From assembly GCF_006345805.1 (NCBI RefSeq), contig NC_043011.1, forward strand, positions 14,954,464 through 15,018,463: DNA of 64,000 bases. Reading direction: 5' to 3'. This stretch comes from Octopus sinensis. Lineage: Eukaryota. The notes beneath the pieces were generated by a model. It saw nothing but the letters and a program-made list of their open reading frames with translations, was not told the DNA's origin and did no database searches. Shown one piece after another: positions 13,522 through 25,107 of the stretch. Numbering within the stretch: the stretch's first letter is position 1; each line of letters begins with the position of its first letter. The translations under genes were made by a program, and so were the position numbers.

Positions 13522-13535
13522 GTTGCCTTGGCGAC
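13522..13535 (-). promoter_or_regulatory. RFX X-box
   Basis: GTCGCCAAGGCAAC on the minus strand is an exact match to GTNRCC-N2-RGYAAC. Confidence 0.5.
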
Positions 13536-13821
13536 AGCTAGTGAAGCTGATCCGTGAAAGGACTAACAATTTAAGCTCAATATAAATAAATAAAATATAA
13601 TGAAACAGAAAGGTCAAAATAGCCGCCGCAGGGAGGTTAAGAAGGTTCAGATAAAGTTTGGACAAAGGAGGACAGTTTCACCGGGTATTCGAGGATGAAT
13701 AGGAGAAAATTATCAAGGACAGTTTTTGCATGAAATCAAAGAGTGAAGTATACTCTAAATGAATAAAGTGTGTGAAGAACTTCTAATTGATTAAAATTAC
13801 AAGATAAAAAAGTTACCTTAA

Positions 13822-14042
13822 CCCTTTAGTGTTTAAACTGGCCAAATCCGGCCCAATATATTCCACATGTTTTATATTCAAACTGGCGATATCTAGCCTC
13901 TCACACCTAACCTACAATGCCATTCTAAAAATAAGTAATCACATCATTGAAACCTCAAAGCTGTAAGATGATCCAGGATTAATTCAAAACAATTTGAGTG
14001 AAAAATTATTACATTTAACAGAGTAATTTGAACACTAAAGGG
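13822..14042. mobile_element. piggyBac-type MITE (221 bp)
   Basis: TTAA at 13818-13821 and 14043-14046. TIRs CCCTTTAGTGTTTAAA and CCCTTTAGTGTTCAAA match at 15/16. Confidence 0.9.
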
Positions 14043-14466
14043 TTAAAGAGATTGGGGATACAACCCCAAAATTTGAATCCCTTAATTAATAATAGAATGC
14101 AATAAGGATTATAATTTTTAGTAGTGAGGTGGCATATCTTTTGGATGTAGTATCAGCATCAGCGAAGTTTAGTTTAACTGTTGCCAGATGTTGGAATGCA
14201 TGGGAGGAATATATTGAACACTTTATGAACTCATGAACTAACATTTTAGAGCCCTGTGAGAATCAATTAGCAGTAAGATTTTATTTATTTATTTTTACTT
14301 TAGTTTGATTTAAGATGAGATCCTAAATGAATTCGGCATCAATAAAATACTCGGAAACTTCTCAAGATGTCTGGTCTGAATTTTGTGTCATGCCCATCGA
14401 ACGTAAACCAAAATACTAAAGTCTGAAACGGAGTTTAAGTTTACCTGGCTTCAAAGAAGTACTGCA

Positions 14467-14875
14467 GAATCTTTTCGGTTGGAACGGCAGTTTTTTCTAG
14501 CGGTGTCATATGAAATTGTCACCCATAATTAAGATCCTAGCATCGATCTATTGCATTTCAATCTGTTTTAGGGTTAGGGGTGGGGGAAGGGTATCTTTTT
14601 CTCTTCACAAATGTAAATAAACCCAATCTGTTTCTTAAACGATGGACATATTCATACGGCATAGAATGTTGTTTACCTCAATGGACGTCATTGATTGGTT
14701 GAATTGCAGAAATTGAAGAAAAAAACAACAAATATCTTACAAACTATAGAATTTTCTCAATAAGGCCAAGAGAAAAAGATGTTTTATAAACACATTCTAC
14801 CAGTATACGAAGTTTAAAAGTGTTTAATTACAAAGAAATTATTTAAAAAATCTGCCGGTCAAACCGAAAAGATCC
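14467..14875. mobile_element. Telomere-repeat-bearing MITE, copy 3 (orientation B)
   Basis: Both TIRs present. No recognisable TSD. Confidence 0.9.
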
Positions 14876-15449
14876 CAATTTGGGACAATTCATCGTTGTT
14901 AAGAGTGGCAGATTGTTACTTAAACAAGCAATTTTTTGGTTTGCTGTAGTGAGTTCAATTTCTCTCGCAGAGAAATTTATTGGAGTTAGACAAGCGTTCT
15001 GTAGACTAATTTAAACACTACATAAGTGCCTTCAGCTGCAAGTATTCGGGTCAGGTCTCAGGTCTAAGAATAACCTTTTGCCTTCTTCCCACCTGTCTAA
15101 ATGGCTCTAGAAAAAGTCACGAGTGTTGTCTTTCCTTTTGTAACCAAACGATTAAAAAATGGAGAGGGAGATCGTTCACACGATTCATGTGTGCTTGTTA
15201 TGTTTACCGGATCGGATTCGAAGTGAAACTCTATCTTGTGTGACGGATGATATCATATTCTTCTTGTTATAAGATATCAGATTTTTAGTGACAGGTATCA
15301 GATTCTTGCTGATAATTGAATACCAAAACTAAATCTGAGAAAGGTTACAAGGTAAGGCAGAGGACAAGAATCAACAGGTGTCACTAGAAGGAAATGTGAT
15401 TTAAGAGTTTTCTCACTAATTTCCTAACTCATTTTATAATATTCAGTTG

Positions 15450-15876
15450 GGTTCTTTTCGGTTTGAACGGCAGTTTTTAACATAATTTCTAGGTAACTAA
15501 ACACTTTTAAACTTCGTATACTGGTAGAATGTGTTTATAAAACATCTTTTTTCTCTTGGCTTTATTGAGAAAATTCTATAGTTTGTAAGATATTTGGTGT
15601 TTCTTTTCTTTAATTTCTGCAATTCCAACCAATCATTGACGTCTATTGAGGTTAAAAAAATTCTGTGCCGTATGAACATGTCCCTCGTTTAAGAAACAGA
15701 TTGGGTTTATTTACATTTCTGAAGAAAAAAAGATACCCTTCCCCCACCCCTAACCCTAACCCTAACTAACCCTAAAACAGATTGAAATGCAATATATCGA
15801 TACTAGGGTCATAATTATGGGTGACAATTTCATATGACACCGCTAGAAGAAACAGCCGTTCAAACCGAAAGGATCC
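15450..15876. mobile_element. Telomere-repeat-bearing MITE, copy 4 (orientation A)
   Basis: Both TIRs present. No recognisable TSD. Confidence 0.9.
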
Positions 15877-16433
15877 AAGATGTATTGGACAACTTAATCT
15901 TAGATATAGAAAACGAAGGGATGAATAGTCCACGTTTGAAATGGATTTGATCGTAAGTTCCACCAGGCTGACACAAACCCACAACAACAAATAAATACCA
16001 AACTAAAGTTGTTGTCGATCACTCGATTATCTACTGGCAATGCGATAAAGTATTGCCACTGTCGACAAATATTGCACAACAAAAGATAGTCTTTCAAGCG
16101 GTTCTAGACACCGGTCCAGTCCAAATCTCAGCAAAGACATTTCTCTTTTCCTGTAACAACTAATACTCTTTGGAAGAATTAGGAATCCTGCTCGGCGATC
16201 AACTTTGTCGTTAGCGTTCACGAAGTCGAAGAAATAAGATACTAGCATATAATACTGTTGTCTCAGTCATATATCCCAGAATAAAATTTTGCCTCAAGCT
16301 CAAAGTAGTTTATAATAGCTATTGCCCGTAGGAATTTTGCAGTTTTTTTGAAAACTGTAAGATGATTGGACTCTTGTAAAGAGTCTCGTAATATATAAAT
16401 ATTTACAATTATCTTCAAAATGTATTCTCTTTT

Positions 16434-16871
16434 GGATATTTTCGGTTTCAACGGCAGTTTTTAACATAATTTCTAGGTAACTAAACACTTTTAAACTTCG
16501 TATACTGGTAGAATGTGTTTATAAAACATCTTTTTCTCTTGACTTTATTGAGAAAATTCTATAGTTTGTAAGATATTTGTTGTGTTTTTTCTCTTCAATT
16601 CCTGTAATTTCAATCAATCAATGACGTCTATTGAGTTGAAAACATTCTGTGACGTATGAATATGTCCCTCGTTTAAGAATCAGATTGGGTTTATTTACAT
16701 TTGTGAAGAAAAAAGATACCCTTCCCCCACCCCTAACCCTAGCCCTAAACCTAACTAACCCTAACCCTAAAATAGATTGAAATGCAATAGATCGATTCTA
16801 GGGTCATAATTATGGGTGACAATTTCATATGACACCGTTAGAAAAAACTGCCGTTCAAACCGAAACGATCC
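16434..16871. mobile_element. Telomere-repeat-bearing MITE, copy 5 (orientation A)
   Basis: Flanks TCTCTTTT and TCTTTTTT (8-bp TSD with 1 mismatch). Confidence 0.9.
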
Positions 16872-17187
16872 TCTTTTTTTAACATTTGATTCTTCAGCTG
16901 ATGTAGAGGACCACATAGTTAGTATTGAATGTGGTGTCTAAGGAAACAACAAATTTGAAAGCTATATTCCTGGTGAAACATATGTTGCCACTTTTTAATC
17001 TTTTTACTTTATGTCAGGAAGTAAATAGGAAGTAAGACTTAACTAAGGAACAAAATCGAAGACAATTTATCTGTAATATCAGAAGAAAGTTATATGGCTA
17101 GAATTGAACCTACAGTCCCAGTGAATAAAACATAGCAGCTGCTCTCTACTGAATAATTGATTTTTAAATATATTATAGGTGCAGGCT

Positions 17188-17277
<90 letters not shown>

Positions 17278-17457
17278 TTGTATGTATATATATATGTGCT
17301 TGTATGTATGTAGGGAGGTTGTCTCCTTTGTCAGTCAATAGACAGGTGTTCTGCCCGTGGCGAAGATTTGTTTTGACTCTTATTTCTAGCAATGCTTTAG
17401 TGACGTTTGTACTGGTGACCTTTAGTTTTTAAATTGCGAATAGCCACCTTAATAATT

Positions 17458-17493
<36 letters not shown>

Positions 17494-17894
17494 TATCACA
17501 CTTAATTTAAAATCATCATTTATCAGGCTTATAAATAATATAAAAGTTGCATCGCAAATAAATTATGTCCTCGTTCTCATCCTGTAGTTTAGCAGTCGAT
17601 TATCTTCAGGAAGATTGAAAATTATACACGTATATGCCTTTGATTTCGTTCTATAGTTAGGAGCGTGACACAAAAGATATGTAGGTAGGCCTGCAAAGCA
17701 AATAAATCAGAGTTTGCGGACCTCGAAGTAATGCATAGAAGAAAAAGCAGAACGGCTTTAATGTGTATAAGTCACGTACCGGGATGCCAGTAAGTGGCAT
17801 TGATTGGTTTATAGACTTCTGTGTCATCATCATGTAGCAGGAATATAGATAAAACTAGAACAAAGACTCTTCCCACACCCACATCCACCCACAC

Positions 17895-17978
17895 AGTCTA
17901 TCTATCTATCGACATGTCTGTCTGTCTATCTATCTATCTATCTATCTATTTATCTATCTATCTAACAACCTGTCTATC

Positions 17979-18026
<48 letters not shown>

Positions 18027-18034
18027 ACAACCTG

Positions 18035-18084
<50 letters not shown>

Positions 18085-18135
18085 ATCTATCTATCTATCG
18101 ACATGTCTGTCTATCTATCTATCTATCTATCTATC

Positions 18136-18170
<35 letters not shown>

Positions 18171-18200
18171 AACCTGTCTATCTATCTATCTATCAACCTG

Positions 18201-18258
<58 letters not shown>

Positions 18259-18264
18259 AACCTG

Positions 18265-18318
<54 letters not shown>

Positions 18319-18339
18319 ATCTATCTATCTATCAACCTG

Positions 18340-18403
<64 letters not shown>

Positions 18404-18413
18404 ACTATCTATT

Positions 18414-18459
<46 letters not shown>

Positions 18460-18495
18460 ACTATCTATTTGTCTGTCTGTCTATCTATCTATCTA
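17895..18495. repeat. (TCTA)n array with periodic AACCTG interruptions
   Basis: Directly visible. Confidence 0.95.
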
Positions 18496-19152
18496 TGTGC
18501 ACACACACACACACGTGTATATACAAGTACACAGCCAATTTTCCCGCTTCCTTAGTTCCAGACCCGTGCCGGATTAAAAGAGGTCATCTAATAGTAGCTC
18601 TGAGTATATTTCTAGAAGGTTGCTGCCGCCGCATTATTAAATGTTGTTTTCGTTACTAAACCTTCATATAATACCTTTATTTATTCTCCAGAATTTTCTA
18701 TAAAGTTGGAAACATTCTTCCACCGCTTCAACGATAATAATATGAATACGCATTTATTCAAAACAAAACCTAATGACACGTGCTAACCCCTAACCGCTGG
18801 GAGCCCGCCAAACCCTTCCTTAAAACGTAACATTCAACAGCATGTGTTTACTTGTTGGTCTGCCCTGCTGGGACAATATATTCCCCCCACACAGAAGATA
18901 AGTTATTTATTAACCTGCTCTTCACTGAAAGAGGACTCCTTAGTGGGTTGGTACGTAACGTTAGATTTAGTTTTAATCATTTGCATCTTCGTATTAGAGT
19001 TAGGTGTAAGGGAGAGTGTTTCCGCCTCTATGGTGTGTTACTAGGCTCGCTAAAGTAAAAATTAGTCATAATGTTCACGAGAAAATTTAAATGTCGCCAC
19101 GTAATTATATACGCATAGAAAAAGGCACTGGATCATCAGTTAACGGAAGCTG

Positions 19153-19198
<46 letters not shown>

Positions 19199-19553
19199 AT
19201 ATATATATATATATATTTATATATCTGTGTGAGTGGGGTATGTATGTGTGCGTATATACACACATATATATATACACAGAGATATATGCAGAGGGAGACA
19301 GGGTAAGATAGAAAGAAAGGGAGGAAGAAAAGAAAGAGATAAGAAAACTATACAAGGTTGAAAGAAAATAGGGTGTTAGAGAAAAAGAGAAAGAAAAACT
19401 GCAGAGAAATAAAGTCGTATAATATTATGAATGGCTGAAATATCTTAAACGGACGACGTCTTGATGAAACACTTACGAATTAATGTCGTATGAAAAGTGT
19501 TAAAGATTAAGTTCAAGTCTTTCCCAAAGCTAGCATCGGTATGATGACCTATA

Positions 19554-19788
19554 AAAGGCGGCGAGCTGGCAGAAGCGTGTTTAGCCCTTTGTGGGTAGTA
19601 AAGAAATAGGTATTTCGTCTGCCGCTGCGTTCTGAGTTCAAATTCCGCCGAGGTCGACTTTGCCTTTCATCCTTTCGTGGTCGATAAATTAAGTACCAGT
19701 TAAGCACGGGGGTCGATATAATCGACTTAATCCGTTTGTTTGTCCTCTCTGTGTTTAGCCCCTTGTGGGTAGTAAAGAAATAGGTATC
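19554..19788 (+). mobile_element. SINE family 2 variant with an internally duplicated 37-nt tail
   Basis: 10-bp TSD ATGACCTATA at 19544-19553 and 19789-19798. The tail segment appears at 19577-19613 and 19751-19787. Confidence 0.9.
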
Positions 19789-20260
19789 ATGACCTATATG
19801 TGTTCTGTTATATTTCGAATCACATCTAGAGTGTATTACATGAATGGAAAAGACCACAAGGATTTGAATGGCTATGCTTTATGGAACCCTGAAGGACGGA
19901 AATCCAAGTTGATTACTGCAGCTTGATGTGAACTCAGAAAGTAAAAGGCGATGATACCACAAGGAATTTTCTCCGATGCTTTAAAGATTTTGAAAAAGCA
20001 CGGGTGGATGTGCAATATGAAACTGCTCCGAAAATTTAATAGAAATGGTCTCACAAAGTTCGTTTCCTGGATGCCCACCATTTTCCACCTTTTACATAAA
20101 TCGGAGTAAAATAGATTTTTAATAGAAATTGTTTGTAAATATACATCCCAAGACCATTAGGAAACAATAACGATGAATAATATATATTTCCACTTAAACG
20201 TGGGTGTTCTGTTAGAACAAACTATACTGCGGTAGTTAGGTGTAAGGGAGAATGTTTCCG

Positions 20261-20672
20261 GGATCTTTTCGGTTTGAACGGCAGTTTTTTCTAGCGGTGT
20301 CATATGAAATTGTCACCCATAATTATGACCCTAGAATCGATCTATTGCATTTCAATCTGTTTTAGGGTTAGGGGTGGGGGAAGGGTATCTTTTTTTCTTC
20401 ACAAATGTAAATAAACCCAATCTGTTTCTTAAACGAGGGACATATTCATACGGCACAGAATGTCTTTTTTACCTCAATAGACGTCAGTGATTGGTTGAAA
20501 TTGCAGAAATTGAAGAAAAAAACAACAAATATCTTACAAACTATAGAAGTTTCTCAATAAAGCCAAGAGAAAAAGATGTTTTATAAACACAGTCTACCAG
20601 TATACGAAGTTTAAAAGTGTTTAGTTACGTGGAAATTATTAAAAAAAACTGCCGTTGAAACCGAAAAGATCT
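20261..20672. mobile_element. Telomere-repeat-bearing MITE, copy 6 (orientation B)
   Basis: 8-bp TSD TGTTTCCG at 20253-20260 and 20673-20680. Confidence 0.95.
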
Positions 20673-21301
20673 TGTTTCCGCCTCAGTCGCTAATGAATAA
20701 TGATGGATTTTAATATATTTTACCTAATCAAAGATTATTGTGATAGAGATAATTACATTTGATTAACTTTGGTCAACATGTTGATAGAACATATTGATTG
20801 TAGAAAATATAGAAAGCAGAAGGTATTTGGCTTTAGCATTTCTTTACCACCACTGGCACAATATGTGAAATAGCAATTGCTGTGAAGCGAACCTGTGTTG
20901 CGAACTCGTTTTCCCCAAGTTTAAACACCTACGCTCTCTGTTGCTCATTGTTGCTTTCCAACGTATTGTTGATACTACTGATTCAGTGTATGTGTGTGTA
21001 GATATGTAATGATGCATATGTTTGTGCGTGTCAGCTATTGTGTGTGTACGTTACGTTCAAGTTTTTGGATGTAGAGGATGCTTTGTGTACATACTATGGC
21101 GTGTGTCTGTGTGTAAGTCATTGGAGGCGTCTTGCTTTACATTACTTAATGTGTCTGTGTGTAAGTTATTGGCCGTTTGTGTGTGTGTGTGTGTGTGTTA
21201 AGTGTAAATCATACTGTGAATATGTTTAAGTTACTCTGTGTGTGTGTGTTAGTGTGTGTCTGTGTGCGTGTGTCCTGTCTATGTGAGCAATATTAATACA
21301 C

Positions 21302-21340
21302 CTGTTCAGTTTCTGCAACCGGGGAAAGTCTAAAAGTAAC
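21302..21340 (-). CDS. Candidate 39-nt internal exon (VTFRLSPVAETEQ in phase 0) of the secreted-protein gene
   Basis: Acceptor TTTCAAATTTCAG| and donor CAG|GTGTAT. Phase-compatible with exon 28403-28345. A phase-2 reading (LLLDFPRLQKLN) is also open. Confidence 0.4.
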
Positions 21341-22268
21341 CTGAAATTTGAAATGTCCATTGAATGTCGCTCACAAGTGGTCCTCCATAACGGACATTCA
21401 CTGCACCAGAATACATATATGTGTGTGTGTGTATAGGGAGAGAGAGAGAGAGAGAGAGAGAGACGAAGAAAAAGTGAATGAAACAGAGGTAGAAGAATTA
21501 ACCGTAGCGAGTAGCAATTAAGGAACATGGTTTATTTTTCTTGAGTTTTCATATTTGATTATGTGATAATCACGTTTTAACACTCACCATTACTACAACG
21601 ACGACGACGAGCACCTGTTCCCTACTACTACTACTACTACATTCGAGCTAACGGCTTGTTAGAAATAGAAGCTAAGTCAAATTAGTGTTAGTAAAAACGA
21701 AGAAAAAAAAAAACAGAAGGGTACATTGGATAAGATACATTATGTATTTTTTTAAAAGATAGCATGGTTACGTTTGGCATACCTTCGATAATCGATCTGA
21801 TTAATCAGGCCTAATTTTCGGTTAAATAACAAGTATTATTTATTATCACAGTTGAAGCTTATTTCTTGCAAGGTGGTTAGAGACCCAGCCAGGCTGAAAT
21901 ATTTGTGTCTATAAACACCACACAAGTTGCCGTTGCCGTCTAGATGATAACAACCAGCTGCGGCTCGACATAGTACCTTATTCGGTATTCTATTACGATT
22001 CCATACACATCTTAGGATGTTATTAAAGGAATAAAAAAAAACGATACTAGATCTCGACTGGTTCATTATTATTATATCTCGTCGTATGGTAGAATGGGGC
22101 AAACTCCACCTCGGCGGGACTGGAATTTAGAACGTAGAAGGGCATGACTAAATATCACAAGGTATTTTGTTTGTCCGACATTCTAACAAGTTCGTCAGTG
22201 GAAAGGGAGACATTATGAGTAGCAGTAACAAAAAAGGTTCACAAATAAACTACATACATACATATATG

Positions 22269-22352
<84 letters not shown>

Positions 22353-22494
22353 CTATCTATCTATCTCTATCTATCTATCCGTCTGTCTGTCTGTCCTATC
22401 TATCTATCCGTCTGTCTATCTGTCCTTCTATCTATTTATCTATCTATCTGTCTGTTTGTCCTTCTATCTATCTATCTATATGTCTGTCCTTAAA

Positions 22495-22537
<43 letters not shown>

Positions 22538-22572
22538 GTCTATCTGTCTGTCTATCTATCGCCATATGGTTC

Positions 22573-22610
<38 letters not shown>

Positions 22611-24060
22611 CTGTGTTCTGCTGCATTGGTAACTATAACGTACAAAACGGTGAGAGTTCAATACTCAATCTCGAAGTAAGGTGGTAACAAAACAACAGCA
22701 AAAAAACTATTCCGAACCAGTAGTGGAGCGCTAACATGTTTAATGTTAGGAGTATTATTTTAAACAATAGTTCAGTGTTAACGCATTTAATGTTGAAAGA
22801 ATCGACCATCCCGAAATATATAACAATAGAATTAAAAAAGGTTAACTAGAAACAAATTCAGTTCGTCTTCACTAACAAACTATCGTTGTGGTCTCCGCAC
22901 AAACATGTAAGCTGAAGACGATAGGAAAATATATTCCTGGTTTAGTTGGCGCTGACTGTGAGCAATATATAATTGTTGCTTATTCCTAACTGAAGTAGGG
23001 AAATAACAATGGACAGGGAGCAAATGAATTGAGTGGAAAAATAAGTACAATGTTGGGTGCAGTTTTATGGCATGAATATAATGGGTCAGTTGTAGGGGCC
23101 GCCGAGAAGGTGGGAAAGCTAGTGTGACAGGGGTGAAGTGGGGGTAGAGATAATGGAGGAGAAATGAATGAATGAGAGGGGCTGGGACACAGTTGAGTGA
23201 AAGAAGGTGATTAGGAAGAGAGAGGAAAAAAAGGTGGGCAGAAATTGAGGAGAGGGGTAGAGGGTAAGGGTGAGGCGGGGACGAATGGGTGTGAGGGGAA
23301 AGAGCAAGAAGGTAATCGAGAGCGATGGGTGGAGGAGAGATTAAGGAGAGGAAGAGGGGGAGGCACAGAATAGGAGGAGCGAGCATAACAGTAGGAGGGA
23401 TAAGAGAGGAGGAATGTGGGAAGGAAAGAGAGAGAGAGAGAGAGAGATGGAGAGTGAGAGAAAGAGAGAGAGTGTGTATATGTAGAGATGAAGGTTTACC
23501 GAGAGAGATGTGGTTGTAAAACAATGGTCTGCATCATACTGAACTGTTTCTATTAAAGTTAGAGTATAAAATAAGGTAGGAGTATATAAATAAAGAGGTG
23601 CAGAGGTATATATATAATATATATATATATATAGATATAGAGAGAGAGAGAGAGAGAGAAGGGGAGAGAGAGAGAAGATGAGAAAGCTTATTGCATTCCA
23701 CAATTTTCAATTAAAAGCTTTGTCCATCTCTTCAAAAGATAACAAAGAGCCAAGGAGGAAGGGAGGGAGAGAGAGATTAAATTATAGTCATTTTAGCAAA
23801 CGCTGAAAAATAGGGGACAAAAGCTCCCTAGAAGTTAGTTTACCCGCGAACCGTTTAAGAATGAGAGGGCGAGCTTCATGTGTAAAAATAAGTATTAACC
23901 TTTTGTGTGAGTTACTCTGTGTGAATGTGTGTGTGTGTGTGTGTCTGTGTGTGTGTGTATGTATGTATATATATATCTGTATCTGATGTATCTGATCTTT
24001 TTCTTTAGAACATACACAATCAAGTAAATTATTCTATGCATATATGTGTGTGTGCTGGCG

Positions 24061-24116
<56 letters not shown>

Positions 24117-24687
24117 TTTATACATACATGCCAATACACGGGCGCGCGAATGTATGCATAATGATCTTTACGTAAATAAAAGAAGCATTTAAATACAAAA
24201 GAACCGGAAAAAAAAGTCGTATTGAATGAAAGAGAAGTGAACAAAGTTAGGTATATGAGAAGAAATAACTTCTTTTCAGAGGAAAATAAACTCCGAGGAG
24301 GAAGAATGCGCCAAAAAAAAAAAAACAACCTGTTGCTTTTATGTTCTTCTCTATTCATACAACAACCAGTTCTTAACGGACCACCAGAACAAGTGGGGAG
24401 TGAGACTGATCATCATTAGACTGAATAGGCTGGGGGAGAGAAAGGTGGGCTTCATTTAGACGGCAATAATAAAATGTATACATAATGTGTTCGTATGTAT
24501 AGCAACAAATTATTCTAGTTGTTTAGCTTCTACGTGAAAACTGATAGAGCAAATGTGCTGAAAGGCGTCCCGATCACGACTAACCTGCTTTTATTTTGTT
24601 AGAACGTCAAGACATGACAAAACATAAGACTACTCTACTCAATGTATCTCACCTTGGTTAATTTGACTGCTATTATTAGTAAGTCCA

Positions 24688-25107
24688 AAGGTGGCGAGCT
24701 GGCAGAATCGTTAGCACGCCGGACGAAATGCTTAGCAGTATTTCGTCTGCCGTTACGTTCTGAGTTCAAACTCCGCCGAGGTCGACTTTACTTTTCATCC
24801 TTTCGGAGGTCGATAAATTAAGTACCAGTTACGCACTGGGGTCGATATAATTGACTTAATCCGTTTGTCTGTCCTTGTGTGGCCCTTTGTGGGTATCAAA
24901 GAAATAAGAATCGTTAGCAAGCAAGGCAAAATGCTTAGCGGCATTTTGTCTGCTTTTACGTTCTGAGTTCAAGTCCGCAGACGCCAACTTTACCTTCATC
25001 CTTTGGAAGTCTATAAAATAAATACCAGTGGAGTACTGGGGTCGATGTAATCGACTAACCCACTCCCCCAAAATTTCAAGCTTTGTGCTTAGAGAAGAAA
25101 GGATTAT
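24688..25107 (+). mobile_element. Two tandem SINE family 2 copies
   Basis: Two successive matches, ~24688-24909 and ~24908-25107. Confidence 0.85.

Noticed and set aside
14050-16420. Stop-riddled, protein-like frames around MITE copies 3-5 (also at 1-540, 8400-9900 and 45100-45600)
   Set aside because: Probably old transposon fossils, but I could not recognise any motif, so they are left uncalled.
17540-17690. Strong minus-strand acceptor TTTATTTGCTTTGCAG| as the next exon after 21302
   Set aside because: The phase-0 reading ends after 22 codons with only a weak donor, and the peptide is not recognisable.
22909-22941. Hammerhead-like string CUGAAGA-C-GAUA-G-GAAA-AUAUAU-UC
   Set aside because: Stem I has only 2 pairs before a mismatch, the 10.1-11.1 pair is C-G, and there is no Penelope context. 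Likely chance.
22880-22989. Good minus-strand acceptor (TTATTTCCCTACTTCAG|) inside the candidate gene
   Set aside because: The phase-0 frame stops after 15 codons (LGISNNYILLTVSAN*) and there is no good donor. It could be an alternative terminal exon, but this is unsupported.
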